DNA of 63,748 bases, filler included, from Octopus bimaculoides (GCF_001194135.2; 5 parts of 4 records of this genome joined end to end with filler, not necessarily neighbours in it), one strand, 5' to 3'; shown: positions 37,601-53,484, numbered from the whole stretch's first letter. Translations and numbers: made by a program. Notes: generated from the sequence alone by a model not told the origin.

Positions 37601-40600
37601 TAATTTAATCTGCATAAATTTAGCTTCGAAATTCTGTAATCCGTTTTGCTAAAAATACAGTTATAACTAATGTCCCATGTATATGCATCACTTGTCTAAA
37701 GCATAAGAGCGGTTATTAACCTTATCATAGAAATAAATTGCAAATAAACGTGAAAGTATCAGATAATATTCCTTACAGCTGTAATACTTTCCATATATAT
37801 TATTCTATGAGGGAAATTCTAGCGAATTTTTATTCGTTTATCCTTGCAGAGTTCGTAAACAAGTGCACCAGCTAAATATTACGGATGATGAGACAGGCCA
37901 AGCATTCCATCCAAGACAATAGTACATTCATGCTTAATATAGTGATGCAAATTTCTGGCGCTGCATATTAATTTAAATCTGTATATTATTTATTATGTGT
38001 TTTATATAACATGCTTTGTAGATGACAAACGTGTCTCGGTCACCACAAATTAAACTAGAAGTGCGTGTGTATGCTTACGTACAGACATATACGCACACAC
38101 ACAGAAACATACACACAGACACACAGACACACAAGAAGTGAAAAGAACTCGATTAGTTATTTTGAAATTCATCTACTATTTGCATCAATAGCATCATGTG
38201 TTACCGAATATCAAAACATATATAACGGACGAGGTAACAACGACGTGCTCTTTATACTGCGTTACAGCCCACTTATGACTGAGCAGGGTCTCATATGAAC
38301 ATGTAACGGTTCAAGTTTAACCTGACTGACAATGCGAGTCGAATGGTATAACTGTTGTGGGCTAAATGCCTCCAACCATTCGTATATATNNNNNNNNNNN
38401 NNNNNNNNNNNNNNNNNNNNNNNNNNNNNNNNNNNNNNNNNNNNNNNNNNNNNNNNNNNNNNNNNNNNNNNNNNNNNNNNNNNNNNNNNNNNNNNNNNNN
38501 NNNNNNNNNNNNNNNNNNNNNNNNNNNNNNNNNNNNNNNNNNNNNNNNNNNNNNNNNNNNNNNNNNNNNNNNNNNNNNNNNNNNNNNNNNNNNNNNNNNN
38601 NNNNNNNNNNNNNNNNNNNNNNNNNNNNNNNNNNNNATATATATATATATATATATACATACATATATGGATATATATAAATTGAAATGCTTGCCACTGA
38701 AGCTGTGTTTAGTTCTAGCAATTATGATGACTGAGATAATGGCGAATATGATAAACACTATTTTGAAGAAGACAAACATTTCAAAAGTAAAATGGAAACT
38801 ATTCAAATACGTAGTACATCTCACGATATATTTTCTCTCTCATATATATTCGTTTAATCTGATAGGAACTGACTGTACGTTTCTTTTATGACGGAAAATT
38901 TTGGATACAATTGTAGAATAGATTTCCACGATTTCTCACACGCAGCTAGAGAAACTCTCACACAAACTCACACACTGAAACACACACATATACATATATG
39001 CATGCAAGTATACATTCATGCACGCATACACACATTCAAGCAATCTTATCAAATATTATCTCGAATCCACGCTGAAACGTAATAATATACGATCTCTGAT
39101 CCCTGTATTTCTACTCCAACATCCACATCTCATTACTTCTTCATGAACCTGTACCTTTATCTCTTCGGTACTCTACTAATATATTCATATTTTCATCCAT
39201 TCATTCTCTTGCCGTCTCCATCACATTTCATCTCCATCAGTACTTTTCTGAAGTTAATATATTCTTCTGCATTCTTAACTTTTGCATTATCTTCTATAAA
39301 CAAATTTTTTCTCGTACTACACTACTAAGTTCTTTGATTTTATCTGTGTTTCACTTAGTATTTTTCTATACATTTATGTGTAGTTGACAGTGTTTCGGTA
39401 TGTATATTTTCGTGTATCTTCACAATAAAACTACTCCGAAACATATATATACACCATACTCACAACTCTCATAATTTAACAAGTATTATCTGTAGAATAT
39501 AAACTTAAAGACGTTTTGTTATGCGCTATCACTGTCTTTCATATTCCTTTGGGATCTTTCTTCGAAACATTTTTTTATTCACCAGATTTATGCTTTTATC
39601 GAAGTGCCACATGTCTAAAATTCCCGAATGACATTACTCATAATGGTTTCGCACTTCTACGTTGATAAGGAGTTACAATACAGCATTTATTACGTTAAAA
39701 ACAAATAAAAAATATAAAAATAAACACACACACACACAAAAACCCCAGCATATTTATAAAAAAATCCCATCACTGCCTTGAGCGGTGGCACATATTGCAA
39801 TGGAGATGATTTCTGTATCACATACTGAAAAGTGTTAAATCGACACAATTTTTCATTTTATATTGTTTTTTTTTTCTCAATAATTTATGTACCATCAAGT
39901 CAAAGCTATGACTCGGTCATTCAGCTTGCTAGAATTCCCAGACAATTCCCATATGTTTATAATTCACAATATGAATATTATAAATTGAAATTTAAATAAT
40001 GTAAATCATCAAAAAGTGACGAAATAATTCGAGCTATATAAATCTTGGTAAAGTTTTCGATGAGAAATCAGCTGTTCGACCAACTGGGTTACCTGGTCCT
40101 TTATAAATCCTCAGATACATGAATATTCGGCGCAATTTCTGATGGAAACAATATGACTGGAAACTATCATCTTTTTTATAACATTGGATCAACCCGTACC
40201 TTGTGCGAAAATTTGGAGAAACAGGATTTGTATACAAATCAATTGAATGGATTGTATCGGTNNNNNNNNNNNNNNNNNNNNNNNNNNNNNNNNNNNNNNN
40301 NNNNNNNNNNNNNNNNNNNNNNNNNNNNNNNNNNNNNNNNNNNNNNNNNNNNNNNNNNNNNNNNNNNNNNNNNNNNNNNNNNNNNNNNNNNNNNNNNNNN
40401 NNNNNNNNNNNNNNNNNNNNNNNNNNNNNNNNNNNNNNNNNNNNNNNNNNNNNNNNNNNNNNNNNNNTGTATCGGTAACTTCATTGAAATCTCAAAGGAT
40501 ATTCTCCCAGTATTCTTTAACTTCATGAGTGACTATGTCCCACACCTCACCATCTCTTTGTGACTGCCTGTCTTTCTCACACACGCACACACACTAGCAC

Positions 40601-40605
40601 TCACT

Positions 40606-40636
<31 letters not shown>

Positions 40637-40654
40637 TATCTCTCTCTCTCTCCC

Positions 40655-40699
<45 letters not shown>

Positions 40700-40926
40700 T
40701 TGTCTCTCTGTCTGTCGATTTGTCTGTCGATTTGTCTGTCCATGTATACGAATCTGGTCCATCCAGCCTCTCCCGAACTGGTCACTATGCTCTTCCATAT
40801 TTCACTATCACTGGCTTGAAACCAATTTGTGCCACATCTGCGAAGCTCATCTGATAAGGTTAATCACGAGGTTGTCTTCGTTCCACCCTCTGGGTTCTAC
40901 CCAGGAGCTAGTAAACATGCCATTGT

Positions 40927-41026
40927 NNNNNNNNNNNNNNNNNNNNNNNNNNNNNNNNNNNNNNNNNNNNTTAATTAATTAANNNNNNNNNNNNNNNNNN
41001 NNNNNNNNNNNNNNNNNNNNNNNNNN
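40927..41026. other. Artificial scaffold-join spacer
   Basis: 44N-TTAATTAATTAA-44N. Confidence 0.95.
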
Positions 41027-44000
41027 TATATATGTATATATATATATACATATATATACACACGAATTCAGATATAAGCTCAAATGAATCAGTCATACTC
41101 ATACATCGACTTAAAATGCGTATACATATATTAATACATATCCACACATAAATATTTTTTTAAATATCTATAAAATATAAGTGTATATATAAATATACAT
41201 AAAATACATGTAAATAAAACCCATGTGGGATACGTATGGAAGAGGTAGGAGAAAAAGAAGACTGATGAAAAGAGGAGTGCAAAAGATTTTTTGTATAGAA
41301 ATTAAGAGCGGTTCAGAGTTTCGATTAAACTAGCCATAGAATTCGGTGTCGTTTATAACAATATAAATGGTATATAAGGTATATAATATAGTTCGAAGAG
41401 GTTCACCTTCAACGGCCGTTTCTAGAGTTCATGTCCTGATAGAAAAATTAATATATCTTACATACCATGTGGACTACGTCCCCTTCATCAGGAAAGGTAT
41501 CCTCATAAAATCACATTCTTGATAGTTTAGATTCTTACAGATACATGTATATAATAGTCTCAATATGGTGAGTTATGGCATCTGCAAATGAAATTATTAA
41601 TAATTGGTACTAAATAAGCGCTGAATTAAAATAATTATTCTTAGAACAGCAGTCTATCTAATGCAAGTGATATTCTCTCCTTTATTTTGTTTCACCATAA
41701 TTATATCCCTGAATCAGCTTTGAACCTCAGATTGACTTGAAATTTGCGTTACGTGTACGCAAACCTGCGACTTAGTTAATTTCACTGATAACAATTCATC
41801 TTGTCGAAAAGCCGAATATTCACCACTGCAGAAAAATGCGTTCCACTTGTACCATTACAGCTATTATATAACCAATGTTTTTAGGATTCTATTGCCAGTT
41901 CATGAAAAAAATCGTGACACATTTCACTGTTGTTGCCAATGTCGTCATCTCTCTTTAGCTCACTGTGATGGTTGTCATCATTCTTGTCGAGATATTTGTT
42001 TATGCGAAGGTCGGATTTCATTGTTTATGCATAAAATATAACATTGCTTACCTGATCACAAACAATAGCATGATTTTAGTAGGGGCACCTCTACGTGACC
42101 ATCCGACATTCTAGAAATAAATATATATCAAGTCACAAACAAATGGTTTGCTGAAGAAAGGATGCATTGTATAGGGTATTTATGCGAACAATATGCCAGT
42201 AATGAGTCGGAGTGCAGGTCGCATCACAAATACTTTCTTCCATAAGACTAACAGTGAAAAGAGAAATGATAACAGCTGTCTATAAATCTGTTTTATCTGC
42301 TGTCAAAAATGTATTTCCATTACTTTGAAGAGCATTCACCTAACATTGTCACCGACGTGATATAGTATACTAAATCAAATTTGAAGGAAATCATTAAGCA
42401 TGTCTCTATTAGAATGCATTCTTTTCGCATGTTCACAGAAGATTTGAGATATTGATTGTATTGCGAGAGAATGGAATATGTCAGGCTAGCTTTGTGAGTA
42501 TTCATAGTGTGACAACAACTACATCTGGATAAAATGGCGCAATTAACGAGAATGGATATTTGACATTTATTTGGATAGAATGTGGAAAGTAGAATGCTGT
42601 AAGAGCCAAGGGAACTGAAAGAAAATACCTGGATTAAATTCTCTGAATAATTAAGATGACATAAAAACAATAATCGAAAATGAGTCGGAATCAAGAAATA
42701 TCGAAGGAATCTCTTAGAAACCTAAGAATAAATAGAAACTGACAAGACGCGTAAGGAACAATTACAGTAAAGGAGATATTGTAAATACACAGAAGACATT
42801 ATGAAGTTTAATACAATAAAAGGTAAAAGCCAACTGAGTATAGAATTTTAGTCCTCGAAATGCAAATAATGCAATAAATGTGAGATTCGTAGTGTTGGGG
42901 AAACGGCAATTGAAATGAAAATCATGAATAGACATAAAATATACACGGGGAAAATGAATACAATATCAAAATATTGCACATAATTTCATAATATAGAAGA
43001 AATTGGGTAAGTTACAATACTACGAATATTTTAAATTGACAATGAACCACGCAAATTCTGAGATAAGTAAAATAGACACTTACTATAGCAGTTATTGGAT
43101 TTCTGAGAATAATAACAAGTTACAGAATAATAACGCTTATTTGAAATATAATAAAAGGGTTTCTGACTATGGTAATATGAGAAATATTTAATTATAAAAT
43201 TACTACTCCAATAGTGTTAAACATAACTAACCGAATGTTGAATTCTTCATTGAACGTAAATATACACAGGGAGAATAGTACATTATTTTCCACAAATTCG
43301 ACACTAAAAAATAGCAACGAGCGTACGGAATGAGTTACTTCAGTGCGTATATCGCTTTCAGAGTGCCGGTCTTAATGAACAATACACCTCTCTCTCTCTA
43401 TCTCTCGCTCTCTTTCTCTCTCTCCCCTCTCCTCTCTCCCTCTCTCTCACACACACATACACGCACAAACACGTACTCTTTCTGGCTAAAATTCACCTGT
43501 ATATTACTGAATCGTTCTATTGTAGCTGCAAAAGTATCTCACTCTCTTTATATATAATTCGCCAGAAGCTAAGTGCAAGTTTAATAGATTTTATTTCTTC
43601 AAAACTGTTGCAGCTTATACGAGCTAAGTTGAAATATATCCTTATGTTAGACGTCTTCTTAGGAAAATTAAATGATAAATCCCCAATGAAGCAAGTGAGA
43701 TGATTATGGTTACATATAGCTGATACATACAGATATGTATCTACTCTAAGAACAGCAAATAAAAGATGTTATGCTGTATCTTCATGCAACTGACATTTGC
43801 ATTTTTCATATAATCTATAACATTATTTTCATTAAAATCTTAACTCAAAATTAATAGTGATATTTACGAACTGAGGTAATCAATCTATTATACACACACG
43901 TTAATTTATCAAAAGCATAGATGTCCTAGAATTTGCCAAACCATAGATGTCCCATAAGAAACAAACTAATATACTTAGATAAAAGTATTGAAATCTTCCA

Positions 44001-46049
44001 GTTTTAAGAGATAGGGGAAATATGTTTCTTTTGTCGTTAGTTTACTGTTAGTACTTAAAACGATTTCTTCTCCACTCTTACTACGCGTTAGTAACCGCAA
44101 GATGTAATGACCTACTTAGAGATAGTGTAGCCAGTCATCCAGTGACTGGGTAAAAGCTTCCACGCATTGGAAGTCAGTCACTGCGTCATATTTGTTTCAC
44201 TAACCAACCATTGTTTCTTGCTAAATTTTCATTGTACATATCTACAGAAGCTGATTTCATCTTTGAAAAAAGCAGAGTAGTTAGGTACTCTTTCTCTCCC
44301 TCTCTCTCTCCTCCCCATTTCTCACATTTACTTTCTTGCATGTTCCTTGATTATTCTTTGAGCAAGGTTGCACTACCATTTGTAATACATATGGCACGCT
44401 TACATTTTACCGGGTGTCAACTATCTGTGAAACTGCGGTGGCTGCTATTAACGTTATTAGATTTCTTACTATATCTTTCATAGTGTAAATATTTGTTTAT
44501 CTTCAGACTCAAATATATTTATTTTCCTTGTCATCTGTTTCTATTTACAAAAGAACATAATGCTTTCCTTTTTTTTCTTTTTTTTTTTTCTTAATGCCAG
44601 TATCGTTGCTTTTATCATTGGCTTCTAGTGTTTCTCCATTTTTCATAAAGTAGGCCATGTTAAATTATGCAATGTTTCTTCAAAGTCAAAAAAGAATCCA
44701 AGATATCACTTCTGGAGGAGTTGATTTTTTCTATTTTGCACAAGTATTGCATTTCAGTCATAGTTCCCTCCAAATATTTGGTCGACTCTGTTTTGGCTCA
44801 TCCTGATGTCATACGTCAAATTTATTTTTTGTCATGTAGAGAGCTTATGACATTAACAGTAATCAATGTATATTTTATCTTCTGGATTATGAACCCCACT
44901 CTACATGCGTATGTGTGTGTTTGTTTTGTGTTTGTTTATCGTGTTGTGTAAACTACACCAACAACACACATCTGTTTCTGAATACATCTGTGAAGTTTAT
45001 AGACGATTGCTGTGGTACTTTTGGTTGGTGATTTTGCGATGTTTGCTTTTGTGTCACACTGTTACTTCTTGTTCTTTTACAACTAGTTTCTTTTTATTAA
45101 AGTTGTGGTACTTTTTGACGATGTTGTGAGCCACGTTGGCGGAAACTTTACCGCAGAGTCAACCTTTCTGGCATTCAGTTTGAGGCAGGACTTGGAAATT
45201 CTACACTTTACACATCGCCCAGGCTAATACATTTTATAAAGGTTTGCCACTTTGGCCTCATCACAATGACAATTATCTGCGCGCACGTATATGTTTCTTT
45301 GTGTTGTTATAGACAAACATACTGAGTGGAAATTATAGTTTAGATGCGGAAGGTGATTCTATAGATATTGTTGCTTCTTGTTGCTGATGCTGTCACATTT
45401 AAGTTAGCTGGGTGGCTGTTGTTATTTATTCTGTTGTTACCTGCTGCCTAAGCGGACAATATATATTTATAATTCGATAGTACCCCAGGAATATCAGTTA
45501 GCTTTATGGATACTACCACCATTCTCAGTTGATTTCCACTAATAATTAGGTAATTGTTCATCATTAAAACACCCGTGGCACGGGTAGCATATGACACTCA
45601 ATCATCTTTCCCCCTTCGTTTCGTGAGTGGTAGGTTTAATTTCGAGGATACCAATATTTACACAGTTGCTAGAGTATAAAAGATACAAATTCCTCAAAAT
45701 AGAGCAGGAAAACCCCGCAAATTAAGTCTACAACGTGCTTGCTCATGGAATGCAAAGCCTTTAAAGTCAATCTTTACAACAGGCTATTTATCCCCTTGGA
45801 TATAAAATCATATTAATACAGAAGAAGAAAGGATATCGCAAATAGTGACTTGCGTGTAAAGAGAAGGCTTTGGTGAACCGATATATAATGAAATATAACA
45901 AAAGACGACAAATGATACCTCGCAGAATCTGAATAAATTTCGGAAAGAACGAGGTGGAGCTGTCGAAAGCCAATTATACAACAATTGAAATATTAATGAT
46001 TGTGTGGAAAGGTAGTCAATAAAAATGTCTGAAATACTAGTAAATCATG

Positions 46050-48290
46050 TACAATCATGTACATCACATAAACCATTCCCAGATTCATAACGTAATTCAG
46101 GCCAAAATAGCGAGTGTCTGGTACGGACAATATGGACAATCCCCATTAAATGGAATGATACAACTCAAACAGTAGAAGTACATCAGACTCTATATAATTT
46201 GCAGAGCCACCATTCATTAAGATTTGAAAAATACTCAAGAAATACAACAAACTATTATAATGCAACAAAATCTCAACAATCAACACCTAATGAAATAACA
46301 CAACAAATACCATTATAGAGTGACACTCGATAGTATAACACCAATGACTTTCACATCTCTCATCTTATAAATTTGGCATTAACTGATATCACCGGACATA
46401 GCATACAGTCTACCATATCACTGTCAGGCATTAAAAGATATGCCACTAATCACACAACTAAGACTAAATGCAAACAATAACTAGACATAACAGATTGAAT
46501 TGAATCATTATAGCTTATTAGTCAGCTATCAATAGCAAATGTACTTTTGAATACGCACCTACATTGCTTTCAAAAAAGAAAACATCGCGGAACCCACATG
46601 AGGAAAATTTAGCTGCACCTCGTGATGTAATAGAATTTCGCATTAAGCTATGGAAACCATGATGATGACAGTTACTTAAGAATCAATATTGATACGATAC
46701 GACACACACAATTGAAACACGAGATACGGAAGGGTACTATAGATGAGTTAGACCAATACTTATACAGAGCTCAATACGAAACACAAGATAATATGTATTA
46801 TTAATCTAGCTGTCCCAGTTATGAGTTACAATCACAAAATTCTAACTTGGACACTAAATGATCTAACTACACAAGACAGGAAAACAAAAAAAAATAATGA
46901 AGGAATTTTGAATACCCACAACGAATTCTGACATAGAACTGAAGTATTAGAAGTCTTACGCAACTAGACTACAATACAATAACTACCATATGATCACAGA
47001 ACATCTAACTCAGAAGCAAGGAAAACTGGCACAAATAGCCACAAAACACGAGGACAACAAAAACCCCTCTTATCTGTTTTGAAGGAAGTCAAAAAATACA
47101 AGAAAGGAGTCATAGTAACTGACAACTATATAGACAAAGAGCAAACAACAAAATTAGTTGAGCGACTGAAATCTAAATGAAAACTGGAACAAAATATATC
47201 ATGATAAAACAATGGCAGGAAAAGCCCTTACAGGGCAAATACAGGGATAAACTAAAGAGGAAGAAATAGACAAAGTAAAATCCCAACAATATTTCAGAAA
47301 TTCAGAACACATACCAGAGACTGAAGGATATTTAATTGCGGCATAAGATCAAAACACCCCACCAGAAACCACTCGAAACACATAATAAAGTAAAATACAA
47401 AAGTAATGGCAGAATATGATTTGATGAAGAAGAAACAATAAAGAACGAATATGTAACCAGACATGACAGTTGGGACCTATATAGCTTGGAAGAGTCATGA
47501 ATAAGTACCTACGAGAAGAAACAAATAGGGATATGATGTAAATTCTAAGTGAAAGCGTGTACCTTTGTAGATTTGGAATGATAGAGAAGAGACGGCAATA
47601 AACGTGAAGTCAATATTTTACTGACTCACACGCATTCACTTATATATATATATATATNNNNNNNNNNNNNNNNNNNNNNNNNNNNNNNNNNNNNNNNNNN
47701 NNNNNNNNNNNNNNNNNNNNNNNNNNNNNNNNNNNNNNNNNNNNNNNNNNNNNNNNNNNNNNNNNNNNNNNNNNNNNNNNNNNNNNNNNNNNNNNNNNNN
47801 NNNNNNNNNNNNATATATACACAACGTGACAAATGACAGTTGATACGATATCTAAATAGACTACAAGCTACGCCAGCTCGATGAGATGTCAAAAGAAAAG
47901 CGTGGTATAGTGGTATCTCGCAAAGTGTCTAAGAAGATGACAAAGCAACTGTTGTAAAGTAGAGGTATACAGTTCCACTATACAACAGCAACCTAAGACA
48001 AAGCACACAAATAGAGAGATCAAGGCTAATACTTCGGATATGGTTGTTATAATCATCAAGTAGAGAAATGTCTCCTAATCAACGTATTAATCCTATCAGG
48101 ATTACAAGGTATCTCTAAAAGAAACGGAGAAACTGGCGAAATACGAAGATATGGAAATAGAGAAAACCCGGATGTGGATTTAAAAACATACAGACAAATA
48201 CAAAGCCAAAATACAAGTACTTATGAATATATCTAACATACAGAAAATACCACTACTAGGCACCGGACACACTATACATAAAACACACAT
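46050..48290 (+). mobile_element. Heavily decayed R4/Dong-like RLE non-LTR retrotransposon (copy 1)
   Basis: Recognisable remnants (INLAVPV, KPLQGKY, ETEGYLIA, RHD, ..DMV, EKLAKYEDMEI); collinear with the copy at 50072-51760; interrupted near 47470-47960. Confidence 0.65.
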
Positions 48291-48629
48291 ACGTTCACCC
48301 CCTTAACCCACATCATTCTCCAACACCACCCAGGTCTTTGTGTAAACAATTGCTTTGATTCGTTTTACACATCATGTTCAGTGGTTTTAAGATTCTTCAT
48401 GACCGTGATTTGTATTTATTACAGTTTTGGTCTTGAGACACCATCTCTAGAGTGTAACATAAGCAACTTTCAGGAGACCTCGCAACTTAAAATTGTAGTG
48501 AGCTATCTTGCACTGGTGACAGATCCAGAATTTTATACTCAGTAGGTGCAAACTTTAAAATTTTTGGATGACGGTTGACTCGCCTTATTTTCTCCACCAT
48601 GTGACAGGTTTTGTTATTCATCTCGCAGG

Positions 48630-49950
48630 ATGTTTAAAAACCCTCCTCCTTGCCAAGGAAACTTCATGGCGTTGACGGTTTCATCGCCCACAACTCGGCC
48701 ATGGGACCGGTTGTAATGGCTTACATATTGTCAGTAGCGTTCAAGAACGGCCTTCAGTTAATCACTTTTCCCTCTATAAGATATATCGCTGATATGATAG
48801 AGTGGAGCAGGGATGAACTTAAGGTGCTTCATGGAAGGACCTGGAAAATGATGGTATTACAAGGTTTCTACACCCAAAAGTGAACACCTTGATTCTGTCG
48901 CGGCAGAGAGGAGGAAGAGATCACATTAGCAGTAAATTGTGTTTGAAGTCTGAGGAAAATAATGTGACATTGTATGTAAAGAATTCAAAGGAGAGATTGA
49001 TGGTATGATTAAGATAGATAAAAGTCTTTAGCAGTGATAAAGCAATAGAAAAAAGATAATTTAAACATGAGAGACAGAATAACACCTTGAATAGATGGCA
49101 AAGGCAGGGTCAATTCTTGCAGGAAATGCCTGAAACACTTCACAAAAATAATCTCTTGGAACGGAGTAGGGGAAGTTAATTGAAAGTTGTAACTGAAGCA
49201 CATATCTTTGCAACCGAAGAACAGATGCCAAAAACGAATTATGTCAAGTTCAATCTTCGGAAGTCAGTTACTTACCCGCTTTATAGATTGTGTTGGGGAG
49301 TAAGGTGAAACAATAAACCACATTATTAGTAAATGTAAGATACATGTACAGAAAGGGAACAAGAGAAGGCACACGGTAGCATTGCCAGATTGGGTGACTG
49401 GAAGACCTGTCATAAGTATGACATGAGCAAAGTGAGAAATGGTATGAGAACCAACAGGAATAAGTTGCTGAAAATGAACAATGTAAGATCTTATGGGACA
49501 TGACCATCCAATATCACCATTTTATTGTGCCTAGAAACCTGATATTGTTGTCTTAGAAAAGAACAAAGCAATTATCGTGAATATTGCTTCACAGTGGCAC
49601 AACAGAGCGAATGAGGAGGAAAGTAATAAAGTTGAGAGATACCAGGAGCTGAGCAGTAAAATTAGGAAACTATGGAGAACCAGGTATTTAGAAATGCTAC
49701 TGATTGTGGTTGGTGTACTGGGGGAATTTAGGAATTTAGTAGAAGGTTGGGTGCACGACTTGAGAAGCTAGGAATTACCATGAAAATGGCAATGCTGCAG
49801 AAGACTGCTTTATTAGGAACAGAACGGATTTNNNNNNNNNNGTTGAAGGAAAGACTCAAAGGACATTTGACCATTTGCTCAGGCTCGCTCATTTGATTTA
49901 ATATCGGCATAACATCTGAGAGAGAAAAACGTGTCCATAATATTGATAAT
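48630..49950 (+). mobile_element. Decayed R4/Dong-like element (copy 2, different subfamily)
   Basis: FPSIRY..DMIEWSRDELKVL..RTWK and NIASQWHNRANEEESNKVERYQELSSKIRKLW...LIVVGVLG; ends at an (AAC)n(AAT)n tract. Confidence 0.7.
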
Positions 49951-49998
49951 AATAACAACAACAACAACAAAAACAACAACAACAACAACAACAACAAC

Positions 49999-50041
<43 letters not shown>

Positions 50042-50071
50042 GTAGTAGTAGTAATAATCAATAATAATAAT

Positions 50072-51759
50072 GATACAGCTACAATATCCTTAAGTGGACA
50101 CTAAATGAACTAATCAAAATAGACAGCAAAACAAGGAAAACATTTACAGGATTTAGGATGCACAGACCAAAATCTGACATAGAAAGGTTATATATACAAC
50201 GTATAGAAGGTGGTGGAAGCCTTATACAGCTAGCAAAATATTACAAAATAACCACCATAGGACTGCAAAAATACCTACTTCAGAAACAAGGAAAACCAAT
50301 ATAACTATCTACAAAACACAACCAAAACAAAAAAAAAACTGTTTCCAGACTTTAAGGAATCTAACAAAAACGAACAAGAAATCAAACTACCTAACAACTA
50401 TGAAGAAAAAGAACAGCAAAAGCTGTAAAACAAATGAAATCCAAACTAAAACGAGAACAGCAACGGATCATGACATCATGATCATCATAAGCGTAGGAGC
50501 GGCTGTGTGGTAAGTAGCTCGCTTACGAACCACATGGTTCCGGGTTCAGTCCCACTGCGTGGCACCTTGGGCATGTGTCTTCTAATATAGCTTCGGGTCG
50601 ACCAAAGCCTTGTGAGTGGATTTGGTGGACGGAAACTGAAAGCCCGTTGCATATATGTATACATGTATGTGTGTATACATTTGTGTGTCTGTGTTTGTCC
50701 CCACGACATCACTTGACAACCGATGCTGGTGTGTTTACGTCACTGTAACTTAGCAGTTCGGCAAAAGAGACCGATAGAATAAGTACTAGGCTGACAAATA
50801 ATGGGACTTGGGGCCGATTTCCCCGATTAATGAGGGTGCTCCAGCATGGCCACAGTCAAATGACTGAAAGAAATAAAAGAATAAAAGAGTAAAATAGTAA
50901 TGATAGCCAGAAAAGCCCCTTCATAGCAATACTGGGCTAATTTAAACACAAAAGAAACAGACAAAGCAACATCCCAGCAATGGCTGAGAAGCTCACGACT
51001 CAAGCGACTGAAGGATTTTTAATTCCTGCACAAGACCAAAGCCTCCCCACCAGAAATTACCAAACACATATAATGAAAAGAAACATAACAAGTAATTGCA
51101 GAATATGTGGAGATGAACGAGAATAAATAAATCATATCGTCTTTGGTTGCCCAGTCCTGGCTAAGAAGAAATATATTCACAGACACGACAGAGCTGGGAC
51201 CTACGTACACTGGAATCTATGCTAACACTATGGAATAACAACAGAAAAAAGACCGTATAAACACACGCCAGAAAAGGTCACAGAAAACGAGAAAGCAATC
51301 ATACTATGAGAAATCAATCATACACACAGATAGCGAAATTAAGGCCAATGGACCAGATATAGTTTTCAAAGATCATGAAGGAAAAAAAATGCTTTCTAAA
51401 TGATGTATCAATACCAGCAGATGGCAACGTTTCCCTAAAAAAAATGGAAAAACTTTCAAAATACAAAGACCTGGAAATAGAGGGAATTCGAATGTGGAAT
51501 CTAAAAACAGAAGCAATTCCTATCATATTAGGTGCCTTAGGTGTAATAAAAAAAAATATCCAGACAAATACATAACAAAAACACCAGGACTTACAAATAT
51601 GTATAACATACATAAAATTGCACTATTGGGCACTGCACAAATCCTACACAAAACACTTTCAATACAGTAATTCTAAAAGCATCACAAAAAACCACAGCAC
51701 ATACCCAAGGCACACAGTTCGGTAGTGAATTGAAAGCACGCTATAAAAATAAAACGACC

Positions 51760-51760
<1 letters not shown>
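50072..51760 (+). mobile_element. R4/Dong-like element (copy 3) flanked by (TAA)n, with a nested SINE
   Basis: RPKSDIERLYI...EGG, CCHC knuckle CRICGDE...NHIVFGCPVLAKKKYIHRHD, ANGPDIV..D, and KCFLNDVSIPADGNV...EKLSKYKDLEIE..RMWNLKTEAIPIILGALG; (AAT)n lies on both sides. Confidence 0.85.
50491..50895 (+). mobile_element. SINE family A nested in R4/Dong-like copy 3
   Basis: Full-length family A sequence interrupting the LINE frame. Confidence 0.85.
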
Positions 51761-51807
<47 letters not shown>

Positions 51808-51974
51808 NNNNNNNNNNNNNNNNNNNNNNNNNNNNNNNNNNNNNNNNNNNNNNNNNNNNNNNNNNNNNNNNNNNNNNNNNNNNNNNNNNNNNNNNNNNNN
51901 NNNNNNNNNNNNNNNNNNNNNNNNNNAAGAAGAAGAAGAAGAAGAAGAAGAAGAAGAAGAAGAAGAAGAAGAAG

Positions 51975-52005
<31 letters not shown>

Positions 52006-52627
52006 GGAAGAGGAGGAAGAAGAAGTAAGAAGAAGAAGGAGAAGAAAAATTTGGAGATCGCGCTGTTACACCTCCACAATTTAGGTCTGAAACAGCCAGT
52101 AGATTGAGGCTGGAATAATGGAAAATTTAGAAGTTTTCCGATATTCATATCATCAATATAAGTACATTGTAATCCTATCAGGTTAATGATTCTCTGTGAT
52201 GAAGTGTACAATCTATATTTCTGGTTAGGCTGAAGTAAATATTTCTTTGTCACTCTCGGCAAGAAAATCTTATCTCAAATGACACAGATTCCGTACATTT
52301 CGAACTAGCCTGCTGCTACTGTTTGTACTGAAGCATAAATGCGTAATAGGTATATGGTAATGTGGTAAAAGTTAGATTTCTTCACAACTTCAAAGACCAA
52401 TGACCTGAGGCAATGATTTTCATCCGAAGAATGTAACTAATGTAATCAGAATCGTAATAATGCGATTCGTTAAAGAATATATACAGCTCATATCTATCTG
52501 GATGGACATGCGCACTCACACAAATAAATGTATGTGTATATATGAATAAATATGTTTCACTGTATGATTGTGCACACATACATACACATATATATGTATG
52601 CGTTTATATGTATAAATGTACACTTAC

Positions 52628-52672
<45 letters not shown>

Positions 52673-52786
52673 CATATGCATATACATATACATATACACA
52701 CACATATTTATACTTATATATATATATATATANNNNNNNNNNNNNNNNNNNNNNNNNNNNNNNNNNNNNNNNNNNNNNNATGTATA

Positions 52787-52833
<47 letters not shown>

Positions 52834-52834
52834 T

Positions 52835-52876
<42 letters not shown>

Positions 52877-53049
52877 GACACACACACACACACATATATA
52901 TGGGACTCGGAAAAAAGGCAAAAAATTCTAAAAAGAACAAGACGCAAGAAAATAAAGTCAGAATAATGATTATGAAGGGTAATAGATGGCAATGTTGACA
53001 AACACGCTGAAAGAAATATAAAGAGAATAGAAGTAGTTATATAGATAGA

Positions 53050-53143
<94 letters not shown>

Positions 53144-53484
53144 TGCAGAAAGAAAGGCAGATTGATTCTAAATATGCAAACGAAAACATAACGCTAAAAG
53201 TAATATCATAGATATTATGTCCCTTTGGAAAATATATAGATAGAAAATGAGCATTTGAAGAAAAGTGTCTACATAAGATAAGAAGCTAATTAGGGTAGAG
53301 ACATGAAAAAATTCATATAAGAAGGAGCTAAGTGGGATATAATGTAAAATGTAAGCGAAAATATCATGCCAGTGTACTTTTGTAGATTTGGAAAGATAGA
53401 GAAGAGATGACAATAAATGCCAAATCAAAATGTTGCCTACACACACACATATATGTATCGAGAGAGAGAGTGAGACATACATAT

